31,827 nucleotides of DNA from Armatimonadota bacterium. Its GTDB lineage: Bacteria > Armatimonadota > UBA10988. Both the position numbers and the translations under genes were made by a program. Positions 1 through 8,974 of the stretch are shown here, piece by piece; position 1 is the first letter of the stretch; every line of letters starts with the position of its first letter. The notes beneath the pieces are model-generated. The model searched no databases. It worked only from the letters and a program-made list of their open reading frames with translations, and was not told the DNA's origin. The stretch is from contig JACRKZ010000177.1 of the NCBI GenBank assembly GCA_016235455.1, positions 1 through 31,827 of the forward strand, in the 5' to 3' direction.

Positions 1-1
1 G

Positions 2-421
2 CAACTCGCGGCACTCGCTCACCGGCGCGTCAGCCGTGTCGTCGTGGTTGAGACCGCCGACGTCGCCGTGAGTGTCTGGGGGCGCACCGTGGCGTTGCGC
101 GCCGCCGACCTCGCCAAGGAAGAACCGTGGGTCATGCTGACCCACGTGGCTCGGCAACTGGCGGCCCTGTCGCTGCCCAAGACTTCGCGGCTGGGCTGGC
201 TGGTCGCGGGCCTGGGTCTGGGGGTTGGCCACCTCCTGCCGCCGCTGGCCGCGGTGGTGTGGGTCCTCTTGCTCGGCGGAGCCGCCATGTACGCCGGCCT
301 TTCAGCCACCGAGGCCTGGACGAAAGCCACCGAGCGGCGCACGGCAGAGCTGATTGGCGCGCTGCGGCAGTCTACGCCGGAAGCCTTCGCGGAACTCGCC
401 AAGCGTCAAGGCTTGGCCTGA
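2..421 (+). CDS. Hypothetical membrane protein (5'-partial)
   Basis: Frame is open from position 2 to TGA at 419-421. It has two hydrophobic segments (LGWLVAGLGLGVGHLL; LAAVVWVLLLGGAAMYAGL) and is followed by a strong hairpin. Confidence 0.65.
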   Translation, partial: QLAALAHRRVSRVVVVETADVAVSVWGRTVALRAADLAKEEPWVMLTHVARQLAALSLPKTSRLGWLVAGLGLGVGHLLPPLAAVVWVLLLGGAAMYAGLSATEAWTKATERRTAELIGALRQSTPEAFAELAKRQGLA

Positions 422-448
422 CGCCGCGCCAAGGCCTGGCCCAAAGTG

Positions 449-482
449 CGAGGCGGGGCGCCGCGAGGGGCGCCCCGCCTCG
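449..482. terminator. Probable bidirectional intrinsic terminator
   Basis: 14-bp perfect stem CGAGGCGGGGCGCC (449-462)/GGCGCCCCGCCTCG (469-482) between convergent genes. CACTTT follows on the minus strand. Confidence 0.7.
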
Positions 483-503
483 ATCGATAGGCGAGTTGGC
501 TTC

Positions 504-1226
504 CTACTGCCAGACGGTGCCCCACCAGTTGGTGTTGACGGTGACGCTCTGGAGGAACGGGTACTGCGCTTCCAGGGCGGCCGAGGTGGCGCTGGTGCCA
601 TACTGCCAGCCGGCGCAGGGGACCAGGTCCTTGCTGATCTTCACATGGCCGTCGGCGAACAGCACGTTGGCCTTGTCCATGTGCCGCGGCAGGCCGCGGT
701 CCTTGCGACAGACACGCGCCGACGCCGCCCACATGGTGTAGTCAGAGTTCAGGCCATTACCGGTGGCGGCGTTGTTGGGGTCCCAGTTGCCGCCGCGCTC
801 GGTGTGTCCGTCCATCAGGATGATGACCATCGTGGGCTGGTCAATGGCGGCCAGCGCCTGCTGCCCAATCCAGTTGTTCATGTTGTAGCTGCTGGCCGAA
901 GTGGCTTCGGTGTCGCTCGGGCACTTGAACACCTGGCGGCTCTTGATGTAGGGCTGAACGGCCATGCCCCAGTTTAGGGTGGCGTTGGCGCCGACGGTCG
1001 CATTGCCGTTCCAGGCTTCGCAGAACTTCTCGTCGTAGTCCTGCGCGTACTGCATGAAGGCAATACCCAACTGCTTGAGGTTGCTCTGGCACGACGAGGT
1101 CCGCGCCTTTTCACGGGCCTTGGCGAAGACGGGGAACAGGATGGCTGCCAGAATCGCGATGATGGCGATGACGACCAGCAGCTCGATCAGGGTGAAAGCA
1201 CGCTTGTTCGGTGGCACTTTGCGCAC
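504..1226 (-). CDS. Prepilin-type N-terminal cleavage/methylation protein with H-X9-DG motif (DUF1559-like pseudopilin)
   Basis: GTG start 8 nt after AAGGAG. Motifs [52 protein letters not shown] and [16 protein letters not shown] (H-X9-DG). Confidence 0.93.
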   Translation of the reverse strand: MRKVPPNKRAFTLIELLVVIAIIAILAAILFPVFAKAREKARTSSCQSNLKQLGIAFMQYAQDYDEKFCEAWNGNATVGANATLNWGMAVQPYIKSRQVFKCPSDTEATSASSYNMNNWIGQQALAAIDQPTMVIILMDGHTERGGNWDPNNAATGNGLNSDYTMWAASARVCRKDRGLPRHMDKANVLFADGHVKISKDLVPCAGWQYGTSATSAALEAQYPFLQSVTVNTNWWGTVWQ

Positions 1227-1380
1227 GAGTGTTGCTCCTTTGCCTTGTTCGGTCGGCCAAAGACGGCGCCGGCACGAAGCTGTGCCCATCATTGTAGCGC
1301 GAGTAATCTCGGAATGCGATGGCTCGTCTTGTCGAAGGGCGCGGCGCCCGTGTGGCGAAGCGCATCGCTGGGAGCTGGCC

Positions 1381-4300
1381 ATGCGGGCTTGTGCGGTGCT
1401 GCTGTCTTTGTGGGTCATGGTGTCGTCGGCCTGGGCCGATGCGACGTTGGACAACGCGCATCTGCGGCTGACGGTCAGTGGCGCCGGCGCGCTGGAGGTG
1501 CAGCACAAGGACACCGGGCGGCTGTGGACCACCGCCGCGGTCAGCAGCGCGCCCCGGCTGGCGGTGCCGCGGTGCGCCAAAGGCCCGGTGGTCGATGGCC
1601 GTAGCGAGGACTGGCCGGCGGGCCGCACCATGCTGCCCGGCGGCAGCCCGACCTTCGCCGCACGGTTCACTGCCTGCTGGGATGCCGCGGCCTGCTACTT
1701 CCTGGTGGAAGTGACCGACGCCAAAGTCGCCTTCCCAGCGCAGCCACGCCTGCGCTGGTGGGACGACGATTCGGTGGAGGTCTGGCTGGGCAGCCAGCAA
1801 ATTGGCGCCAGCCTGAGCGCCGCGGGCGACCTGGCCAGCCGTATCGACCAACCGGCCAAGGCCAGCGTGGCGCATAGGCTGGTGCCGGGCGGCTATGTGG
1901 TGGAGGCCGCTGTGCCCTGGCCCGAGGGACAGGCGCCGGCCTCGGTGCCGTTGGCGGTCGGTGTCAACAACGCCGACCAGCCTGGCACTCGGGTTGGCCA
2001 GCTCTACTACCCGAGCACGTGGCAGCACAGCCAGCCGACCACCTTCGCCCAAGCCGTGTTGACCGGGCCTGACGGCCGGTTGCCCACTGCGCCCGTCTCG
2101 GGCGCCGCGCCTACCGCGCGCGAACTGGCCGTCGGCGCCGATGGCAGGCTGACCTGGCAGGAGACGCTCAGTGCCGGTGGCAAGGGCTTCGATGCGGCGA
2201 TGACGGCGTGGCTGGAAGACCAGACGCTGCACCTGGAGTGGACGGCGCCGGCCGAAACGCCCATGGCCGATGTGGCCTGGCCGCCACCGTTGCGCACTGA
2301 CCTGGCCGACGGCCGCATCAGCTTCACGCCGTACTGCGATGGGCTACTGGTTCCGTGGGACGATCCGGGCTTCAAGTGGCGCTCGACGGGCCCGGCGTTC
2401 GACCTGCCGTACATCGGCCTGACGGCCGGGCCGCTAGGCGACGGCTACGCGCTCATGGCCTGCACACCGCACGACACGGCGCTGCGGCTGACCCCGGTGG
2501 GCGACAAGCAGGTGCCGCAGGCGGTCTGGCTGTCGCAGATGGGCCGGGTCGGGTCGACGCGGCGCATGAGGTACGAGTTCGTGCCGCGCGGCGGCTACGT
2601 GGCGTTGGCCAAGCGCTTCCGGCAGATCGGTGTGAAGCAGGGCTTCGTGGACACCCTGACTGCCAAGACCCGGCGCACACCGGCCACGACCCGGCTTGGT
2701 GGCGCACCCAATGTGTGGGGTGGCGATGCCGCCTGGGGCCGAGCGGCCTGGGCCGCGGGGTTCGAGTGGTGCCTGTTCAACTACACCGGCAGCCCTGAGC
2801 AGATGAACCGCTTCAACACGCTGGGCTGGCTGACCAGCCGCTACGACAACTACGCCGACATGTTCACCGAGGCCGATCGCGACAAGTGGGACAATGTGCG
2901 CGGCGGCCAGGACGAGGTGCTGATCGCCCCGGACGGCAAGCAGGTGCTGGCCTGGCTGACCTGGGACAAGAAGACGCAGTACCTTAAGCGCTCGTCGGCG
3001 GCCATGCTGCGCGCGGCGCAGCGCTCGGTGCCACCCGACCTCAGGGCCCATCCTTACAACGCGCGGTTCCTCGACGTGACCACCGCCGACGCCCTGTTCG
3101 AGGACTGGCGCGACGGCGCGCGACAGACGCGCGTCGACGACGTGGCGCGGCGTCTGGAGCTGTTTCGCTACGTCAACTCGCTTGGCCTCGTGACGGGCGG
3201 CGAGCATGGCCGCTTCTGGGCTGTGCCGACCATGGCCTACGTCGAAGGGATGATGTCGACCAACAACTTCTCATGGCCAGCAGGCCATCTGCTCAAGCCC
3301 GAAGGCGGACGGGCCGGCATCAGTGACGACTACCGCCGGCTGGGTCTCGGCGACCGCGGAGAGCGCGTGCCGCTGTGGGAGCTGGTCTTCCACGACTGCT
3401 CGGTGAGTTACTGGTACTGGGGTGACAGCACCGACTACCTGTGGAACGAGGACCCGACCATCACCGACCGCAAGGATGCGCTGAACGTGCTCTATGGCAC
3501 GCCGCCGATGTACTGGGCGGCGCGAAGCGGGTTCGACGGGTCCAAGCCCGAGCAGCGCCGCCGGCTGCTCCAGAGCCGCGACCGCACCTGCCTGTGGCAC
3601 CGCGTGGTCTACGACCGGGAGTTGGTCGACCATGCCGCGCTGTCGACCGATCGGCTGGTGCAGCGCAGCACGTTCGCGGGTGGCTATGAGGCCATCGTCA
3701 ACCTCGCGCCGGAGCCGCGCAAGGTGACTGTGGCCGGCACCACGACCACCTTGCCGCCCAACGGCTTCGTGGCCCAAGGGCCCGACGCCTGGGTCGAATA
3801 CAGCCTCGGCGCCGACGGCCAGCCGCGCACGCGCATCAAGACGCCGGGCCGCCGCATGGTCGAGGGCGCCTCGGTGCCGGGCCTGACCAGTGCCGGGCGG
3901 GCCCTGGCCATGACGCAATCGACGGAGCGCATCGACATCGCCGCGGAAGGCGCGGCCTGTGAGGTTGAGCCGGCCCGGATCGTCCCGGGCTGGCAGGCCA
4001 AGGGCACGCGCGTCTTCGAACTGGACGCCGACGGCCTGCGGCTGCGCGCGCTGCCCATCGCCCTGCGCGACGGCCGACTCGCGCTGCCGGCCACGACCCG
4101 ACGGCTGGCCATACAGACGGGCAGCGCCACTCGGCAGCCGGACGTCCAGGTCGGCGCCGTGACGCTCTCGCCAGTGCAGCCGGTGTCCGCGGTGCCGTTG
4201 ACGGTCGCCACGACGCTCAGCAACGCCGGCCAGGCCGACGCACGCGGCGCTGTCCTGGTCGTCCGGGTGGATGGCGTGGAGGCCGCGCGCCGGACCGTCA

Positions 4301-5391
4301 CGGTGCCGGGCCTGACCAGCGGGCTGGCGGCGCGTTTGATGGTTCCCACGAGCGCGCTCGACGGCCGGCATCGCCTGGCGCTGGCCGTGGAGCTGGCGCC
4401 GGACCAGGTGGACCAGGTGGCGGCGGACAACGTCGTCGAGAGCTTCGTGGACATTGCGCTGGACCTGAGCCACCGCGTCCACCAGAAGGTGGGCGGCGGC
4501 ACGGTGCGTAACCCGGGCCCGGCGCGCACAGAGGCGGTGGTCGCGGTCGACTTCCCGCTGCCGACCAGCGTCGACGGCCGCGCGTTGCGCGTCGTCGGGC
4601 CGGATGGTAGCCTGGTGCCCACGCAGTTCGAGCCCGGCACGCCGGGGCAGTTGGTCTTCCAGATCCCCGGCCGGATCGACTCGGGGGCTTCCTGGCGCTA
4701 TGAGGTGCAGCGGGTCGAGGGCCTGGCCGGGGGAGCCAATCTGTACCTGTCCGAGGGCGGTCGGCGGGTGGTCACACCGGTCTACAGTGCAACGCTGTCG
4801 GCGGGCCTGGTGCGTGACCTCGCGCTGGCGGGTCGGGCGCCGCTCATCACGCACATCATGTACAGCTCCGCCGAGACCGGCTGGAACGATGAGCCCGGCA
4901 GCGGCGACCTCACTCTGGTCGCGGGCGGGCCGGTGCGGCTCGTGATGCGGGCCGACCGGCGCCTGCAGGGCGGCACGCACTACGCCAAGACCTACACCTT
5001 CACCGCCGACACACTGCGCATCGACACCGTGGCCGACCCGTCGGTCACCGGCCTGCACAACCGGCTCTACCTGGCTCCCGAGCCGCTCACACTGACCAAC
5101 AGCGCGGGCAAGAGCGTGACCATCGATGGCCGCGGCGACGATGAGGTCGGGCCGGCACAGCCCGAGTGGATCGCGTTGTATGGGCCGCGTGGCGCGTGCG
5201 CCATGGTGGCCGAGCGGGCCACATCGTCCACCTACTGGGATGCTGGCGGCTCGTGGGGTGGGGTGGGTTTCCATCACGACCCGAAGCGGTCGCGCGAGTG
5301 GCTGGTGTTCAGAGCGAACGCCGCGGACGCCTCCTTCGCTAAGGAGGCCGGGGAGCAGTGCCGCCAGCCCGTGACGGTGTTGCCGGAGTAA
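1381..5391 (+). CDS. Large secreted multidomain glycoside hydrolase-like protein (CBM9/DOMON-like domain, GH101/GH129-related catalytic region, CARDB-like Ig domain)
   Basis: ATG after GGGAG and signal peptide [22 protein letters not shown]9-like [25 protein letters not shown]; catalytic-like FLDVTT and GGEHG; [10 protein letters not shown]; CARDB-like [22 protein letters not shown]. Confidence 0.8.
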   Translation: MRACAVLLSLWVMVSSAWADATLDNAHLRLTVSGAGALEVQHKDTGRLWTTAAVSSAPRLAVPRCAKGPVVDGRSEDWPAGRTMLPGGSPTFAARFTACWDAAACYFLVEVTDAKVAFPAQPRLRWWDDDSVEVWLGSQQIGASLSAAGDLASRIDQPAKASVAHRLVPGGYVVEAAVPWPEGQAPASVPLAVGVNNADQPGTRVGQLYYPSTWQHSQPTTFAQAVLTGPDGRLPTAPVSGAAPTARELAVGADGRLTWQETLSAGGKGFDAAMTAWLEDQTLHLEWTAPAETPMADVAWPPPLRTDLADGRISFTPYCDGLLVPWDDPGFKWRSTGPAFDLPYIGLTAGPLGDGYALMACTPHDTALRLTPVGDKQVPQAVWLSQMGRVGSTRRMRYEFVPRGGYVALAKRFRQIGVKQGFVDTLTAKTRRTPATTRLGGAPNVWGGDAAWGRAAWAAGFEWCLFNYTGSPEQMNRFNTLGWLTSRYDNYADMFTEADRDKWDNVRGGQDEVLIAPDGKQVLAWLTWDKKTQYLKRSSAAMLRAAQRSVPPDLRAHPYNARFLDVTTADALFEDWRDGARQTRVDDVARRLELFRYVNSLGLVTGGEHGRFWAVPTMAYVEGMMSTNNFSWPAGHLLKPEGGRAGISDDYRRLGLGDRGERVPLWELVFHDCSVSYWYWGDSTDYLWNEDPTITDRKDALNVLYGTPPMYWAARSGFDGSKPEQRRRLLQSRDRTCLWHRVVYDRELVDHAALSTDRLVQRSTFAGGYEAIVNLAPEPRKVTVAGTTTTLPPNGFVAQGPDAWVEYSLGADGQPRTRIKTPGRRMVEGASVPGLTSAGRALAMTQSTERIDIAAEGAACEVEPARIVPGWQAKGTRVFELDADGLRLRALPIALRDGRLALPATTRRLAIQTGSATRQPDVQVGAVTLSPVQPVSAVPLTVATTLSNAGQADARGAVLVVRVDGVEAARRTVTVPGLTSGLAARLMVPTSALDGRHRLALAVELAPDQVDQVAADNVVESFVDIALDLSHRVHQKVGGGTVRNPGPARTEAVVAVDFPLPTSVDGRALRVVGPDGSLVPTQFEPGTPGQLVFQIPGRIDSGASWRYEVQRVEGLAGGANLYLSEGGRRVVTPVYSATLSAGLVRDLALAGRAPLITHIMYSSAETGWNDEPGSGDLTLVAGGPVRLVMRADRRLQGGTHYAKTYTFTADTLRIDTVADPSVTGLHNRLYLAPEPLTLTNSAGKSVTIDGRGDDEVGPAQPEWIALYGPRGACAMVAERATSSTYWDAGGSWGGVGFHHDPKRSREWLVFRANAADASFAKEAGEQCRQPVTVLPE

Positions 5392-5395
5392 CCCG

Positions 5396-6259
5396 TTGGA
5401 CGATCAGACGCTCAAGCGACGGCTGGCCAATCTCCGCCGACTGGCGCAGACGAGCGATTTCCAGGCGCTGGCGCAGTTTGTCAGCGACCGATCGCCCGCG
5501 GTGCGCCGGCGCGCGCTCGAGACGCTGACGCAGTACCACTTCGATGGCCTGCCGCAACTGCTGGTGCGTGGCTTGGCCGATGATGACGAGCGCGTGCGTG
5601 TGCTCTGTCGTGAAACGCTCATCCGCCATGCCGACGCAGCCGTGCCGGTCCTGGCCAACGGGCTGCGCGACCCGCGCCGCGCGGCTCTCTGCGCGGCCCT
5701 GCTGGCCAGCAGCGCCGCTGGCCGCCGGGTACTGGAGTCCGTGCCGGGCGTCGTGGAGCACTTGCTCGATGTCCTGCTGGATGCCGAGCAGCCCGGCCTG
5801 CTGCGTGGGCAGTGCCTCGCGTTCGTCGAGCGGCTGCGCGGCAGCACCATCGATATCGCGCTCGGCCGGTGTCTGAGCGACCGCGAGCTGCAGGTGCGCG
5901 AGGCCGCCCTGGCCGCCTTGCTGCGGCGCGACACACCCGAAGGCAACGACGCCCTGCTGGACTGGGCGGAGAGCAACTGGCGCGAGGCCGGCCTGCTCAT
6001 CGGTTGGCTGGCCGTGCATCCCGATCCGCGATCGCGCCTGGTGCTGGAGCGCATGGCGGGCTGGCACGGCCTGCTGGCCATGCCACTGCGCCGCTGTCAG
6101 GAGGCACGCGCGGCGCTGGGCCGTCTGCGCCGCCGACACGCCGTGGCCTCCGACGCGGCGCTGAGTCGGGCCAAGGCGCCCGCCCCGGCTCGCGCCGAGG
6201 CGGCCCTGAGCAAGGCGGCCAGTCCAGACGACAAGGAACAGAGGCGCACGCGACGTTAG
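5396..6259 (+). CDS. HEAT-repeat protein
   Basis: TTG start 7 nt after GGAG. Repeated HEAT motifs SDRSPAVRRRALETL, LADDDERVRVLCRETL and LSDRELQVREAALAAL. Confidence 0.8.
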   Translation: MDDQTLKRRLANLRRLAQTSDFQALAQFVSDRSPAVRRRALETLTQYHFDGLPQLLVRGLADDDERVRVLCRETLIRHADAAVPVLANGLRDPRRAALCAALLASSAAGRRVLESVPGVVEHLLDVLLDAEQPGLLRGQCLAFVERLRGSTIDIALGRCLSDRELQVREAALAALLRRDTPEGNDALLDWAESNWREAGLLIGWLAVHPDPRSRLVLERMAGWHGLLAMPLRRCQEARAALGRLRRRHAVASDAALSRAKAPAPARAEAALSKAASPDDKEQRRTRR

Positions 6260-6286
6260 CCGCAGTCTTGCCGCAACTTGACGCGG

Positions 6287-6316
6287 TTGACAGACACTCG
6301 GCGACGAGCGTACGCT
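6287..6316 (+). promoter_or_regulatory. Sigma70-type promoter
   Basis: TTGACA (6287-6292), 18-nt spacer, TACGCT (6311-6316). Predicted transcription start about 6321-6323. Confidence 0.7.
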
Positions 6317-6319
6317 CTA

Positions 6320-6455
6320 GGCAGGTAGAGGGTGTTGTCGATGAAGCGAATTCGCCAAAGACGCTGCCGGTTCGAGCCGCCGTTCCAGATACGGCGACAT
6401 GAATGGCGTCTGCTCACGGTATGCATACGTGAAGGCGACATCGAGACGATTTGCC
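6320..6455 (+). ncRNA. Candidate structured RNA/leader of unknown family
   Basis: Nested complementary segments: 6320-6326/6449-6455 (with G-U), 6338-6343/6439-6444, 6352-6356/6434-6438, 6359-6364/6406-6411, 6378-6383/6391-6396, plus side hairpin 6414-6418/6428-6432. It starts at the predicted TSS and ends at a terminator-like hairpin. Confidence 0.4.
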
Positions 6456-6469
6456 CAAGAGCCCGGTGA
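6341..6469 (+). CDS. Candidate 42-aa Arg-rich leader peptide (uORF)
   Basis: ATG after purine-rich AGAGGGTG; encodes MKRIRQRRCRFEPPFQIRRHEWRLLTVCIREGDIETICPRAR. The stop codon lies inside the downstream hairpin. Too short for the supplied ORF track. Confidence 0.3.
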   Translation: MKRIRQRRCRFEPPFQIRRHEWRLLTVCIREGDIETICPRAR

Positions 6470-6500
6470 CCTGCTCCGCAGGCATCGGGCTCTTGGCTTT
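6455..6500 (+). terminator. Terminator/attenuator-like hairpin upstream of the HNH gene
   Basis: CCAAGAGCCCG (6455-6465)/CGGGCTCTTGG (6486-6496), extended by GTG/CAT and CCTGC/GCAGG with loop TCC. Followed by a short CTTT. Confidence 0.6.
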
Positions 6501-6521
6501 GGGCCACCGGGAGAGGCGCAG

Positions 6522-7052
6522 ATGAACCGACAGGTGCTCGTGCTCAACCAGAACTACGAACCGCTGAACATCACCTCGATGCGGCGGGCGGTGGTTCTGT
6601 TGCACCTGGGCAAGGCCGAAGTGGTGGCCGAGCTCGAGCGGCATCTGCGCAGCACCAACCACTCCATGCACGAGCCAACCGTGGTGCGGCTATCGCACTT
6701 CGTGCGCCGGCCCTATCCAGATCTGCGCGTCACGCGGCGCGGCATCTTCGCGCGTGACGGCCATCGCTGCCAGTACTGCGGCGCTGAGAACGTGGTGCTG
6801 ACCATCGACCACGTCCTGCCGTCCAGCCGCGGCGGGGGCAACGACTGGACGAATCTCGTGGCGAGCTGCGTGGCCTGCAACAACAAGAAGGGCAGTCGCA
6901 CACCCGAGGAAGCCGGCATGAGGCTGCGGCACACCCCGTTCCGGCCGCGTACCGCGCCGTGCATCGGCTATGCGCGGTTCGTGGTCGGTGTGCGCGACCC
7001 GTACTGGAACAGCTATCTCGCGCCGTACGCCAAAGGGCTGGAGCTGAACTGA
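6522..7052 (+). CDS. HNH endonuclease (McrA-like, Zn-binding)
   Basis: ATG after GGGAGAGG. N-terminal VLVLNQNYEPL; RD..RCQYCG, LTIDHVLPSSRGG, W.NLVASCVACNNKKG.RTPEEAGM. His/Asn catalytic residues and two CxxC motifs are present. Confidence 0.93.
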   Translation: MNRQVLVLNQNYEPLNITSMRRAVVLLHLGKAEVVAELERHLRSTNHSMHEPTVVRLSHFVRRPYPDLRVTRRGIFARDGHRCQYCGAENVVLTIDHVLPSSRGGGNDWTNLVASCVACNNKKGSRTPEEAGMRLRHTPFRPRTAPCIGYARFVVGVRDPYWNSYLAPYAKGLELN

Positions 7053-7056
7053 CCGT

Positions 7057-7893
7057 TCAGCCCAGTTCGCCCATGAGGTAGGCCATGAGCGCCTCATGCT
7101 CCGCGAAGTCGGGCACGATGATGTGCGCGCCAGCGCCGGTCAGGCGGTCGCGCTTCCAGGCATCGATGCCCGCGCGATGCTCTTCGTCGGTGGCGGCGCC
7201 CACGGCAATGCCGCCGACGGCCACCGTGTTCTCGATCTCCACGTAGCCGTCGCCGAAGGCCACCAACTCGGGACCATGCAGGTCATGGTCGGCCAGGATG
7301 CGCTCGATAACCTGGGCCTTGGAGAAGCGGCGGTAGTCGTCCTGCGCGCCGGAGATCCCACCGTCGAACAACTCGGTGAGGCCCAAGGCCTCGGTCTCGG
7401 CCAGCACGAACGGCTCGTCGGTGCCCGACGCCAGGTAGCAGGTGATGCCGCGTGCGCGGAGGTTCTCGAGCAGTTCGCGTGAGCCGGCCACGCGCAGTTC
7501 GGCGGGCTCGATGCTACCGTCGGCCAGGCCGTCGAGCCGCCATTGGATGCGCTCTCCCAAGGCGTCGAGGTAGCGGTACTTGTACTCCAGGGGCTCGGCC
7601 GGCCTGCCGCCACGCCGCTTGACCTCGTCGGCCAGGCGCAGGCATTGGTAGATGGTCTGCTTGCCCGTGAGCGTGTCGACGAAGTCGCGCACCACGCTCA
7701 GCAGCGTGTCGTGGCCCTCGGCCTCGGGGCAGGCGGCCAGTTCATCGACGAACAGCGGGATCATCACGTCCTGCCATCCGCTGCGGATCAGGCTGATGGT
7801 GCCATCGAAATCAAAAAGCGCGGCGCGGATGCGACCGCGCTCAAGGCTGTGCGAGAGGATCTCGATCGAGGTACCGACGGCAATGTTGGACAT
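7057..7893 (-). CDS. HAD-superfamily hydrolase/phosphatase
   Basis: Motif I LFDFDGT, motif II LASGT, conserved Lys (FSK), motif IV FGDGYVE. Confidence 0.88.
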   Translation of the reverse strand: MSNIAVGTSIEILSHSLERGRIRAALFDFDGTISLIRSGWQDVMIPLFVDELAACPEAEGHDTLLSVVRDFVDTLTGKQTIYQCLRLADEVKRRGGRPAEPLEYKYRYLDALGERIQWRLDGLADGSIEPAELRVAGSRELLENLRARGITCYLASGTDEPFVLAETEALGLTELFDGGISGAQDDYRRFSKAQVIERILADHDLHGPELVAFGDGYVEIENTVAVGGIAVGAATDEEHRAGIDAWKRDRLTGAGAHIIVPDFAEHEALMAYLMGELG

Positions 7894-7897
7894 ACGA

Positions 7898-8962
7898 CTA
7901 GGCGACTTCCACGCGGCTCTGATCCGAGAGCATAAAGCGGTTCACCCGCGGCCGGCCCTCGGCGCCGACCAATTCTACCTCATCGCCTAGCAGACTGCCC
8001 TCGATGCGCGGGCCCACATCGAGAATCTGGCAGCCGCGCAGCACGATGCTGTAGTCGATCTCGCTGCCGCGCACATGGCAGTCTTCGGCAATGGAGGTGA
8101 ACGGCCCGACGAAGCTGTCTTCCACCACAGTGCCCGCGCCGATGATGCAGGGGCCGCGCAGCACGCTGTGGCGCACGCTTGCGCCCGCCTCGATGATTAC
8201 GTTGCCAGAGACCACGGTATCCTCATCGATGCTGCCATCCACCCGCGCGGGCATGTGGTCCAACACCAGGCGGTTGGCTTCCAGCAGGTCGATGGGCTTG
8301 CCTGTGTCTTTCCACCAGCCGGTGATCTCCGAGTAGGTGACCACCTTGCCGTGGTCGATCAGCCACTGGTGCGCGTCGCTGATCTCCAGTTCGCCGCGCG
8401 CCGAGGGCGCAATGGCGTTGGCCGCCTCGAAGATGCTCTGGTCGTAGAGGTAGATGCCGGCCACGGCATACTTGCTCTTGGGCGCCGCGGGCTTCTCCTC
8501 GATGCCGATGATGCGCCCGTCGCACATCTCCGGCACGCCGAAGCGCTCCGGATCGCGCACGGCGGCCAGCGTCAGGTGGCAGTTGCTGCCGCAGCGCTCA
8601 AACTCCTCGACGAAGCGGCCCACGCCACCGACAATCATGTTATCGCCCAGATAGAAGATGAACGAGTCTCCGTCGATGAACGACTCGGAGATCTTGACCA
8701 CGTGGGCCAGGCCCAGCGGCGCGTCCTGGGCAATGTGGGTGATGGGGATGCCGAAGGCGGAGCCGTCGCCGATGCGGCGTGGCACTTCATCGCTGTCGGC
8801 CGAGTAGATGATGCCGATCTCGGTCACGCCAGCGTCTCGCACAGCCTCGATGGCGTAGTGCAGCATCGGCTTGTTGGCCACCGGGATGAGATGCTTGTTC
8901 TTGGTGTGCGTGATCGGCCGAAGCCGCGTGCCACGTCCGCCGCTGGTGATGAGAGCCTTCAC
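7898..8962 (-). CDS. Glucose-1-phosphate thymidylyltransferase (long form with C-terminal beta-helix)
   Basis: GGRGTRLRPITHT..KHLIPVANKP, Q..PLGLAH, YLGDN, EEKP, PSARGELEISD, GWWKDTG, then hexapeptide-like C-terminal repeats. Confidence 0.92.
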   Translation of the reverse strand: MKALITSGGRGTRLRPITHTKNKHLIPVANKPMLHYAIEAVRDAGVTEIGIIYSADSDEVPRRIGDGSAFGIPITHIAQDAPLGLAHVVKISESFIDGDSFIFYLGDNMIVGGVGRFVEEFERCGSNCHLTLAAVRDPERFGVPEMCDGRIIGIEEKPAAPKSKYAVAGIYLYDQSIFEAANAIAPSARGELEISDAHQWLIDHGKVVTYSEITGWWKDTGKPIDLLEANRLVLDHMPARVDGSIDEDTVVSGNVIIEAGASVRHSVLRGPCIIGAGTVVEDSFVGPFTSIAEDCHVRGSEIDYSIVLRGCQILDVGPRIEGSLLGDEVELVGAEGRPRVNRFMLSDQSRVEVA

Positions 8963-8974
8963 GAGCCACCTGCC

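Noticed and set aside
1054-1670. Apparent long overlap of ORFs 504..1670 (-) and 1054..5391 (+)
   Set aside because: The better starts, with SD sequences and signal/prepilin sequences, are 1226 (-) and 1381 (+). The extensions are GC-rich read-through.
6320-6455. Known riboswitch (fluoride/crcB, lysine) or SRP RNA call
   Set aside because: Only short superficial similarities (GATG..TTCGCC, AGAGG) are present. The full consensus elements and the expected downstream genes are missing.
6399-6521. 41-aa N-terminal extension of the HNH ORF
   Set aside because: There is no SD before ATG 6399. The family-typical start and SD are at 6522, and the extension runs through the structured leader.
6522-7052. 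HNH gene as IscB/Cas9/retron or transposon component
   Set aside because: It is only 176 aa, with no RuvC motifs, PLMP N-terminus, repeat array, reverse transcriptase, transposase or terminal repeats nearby.
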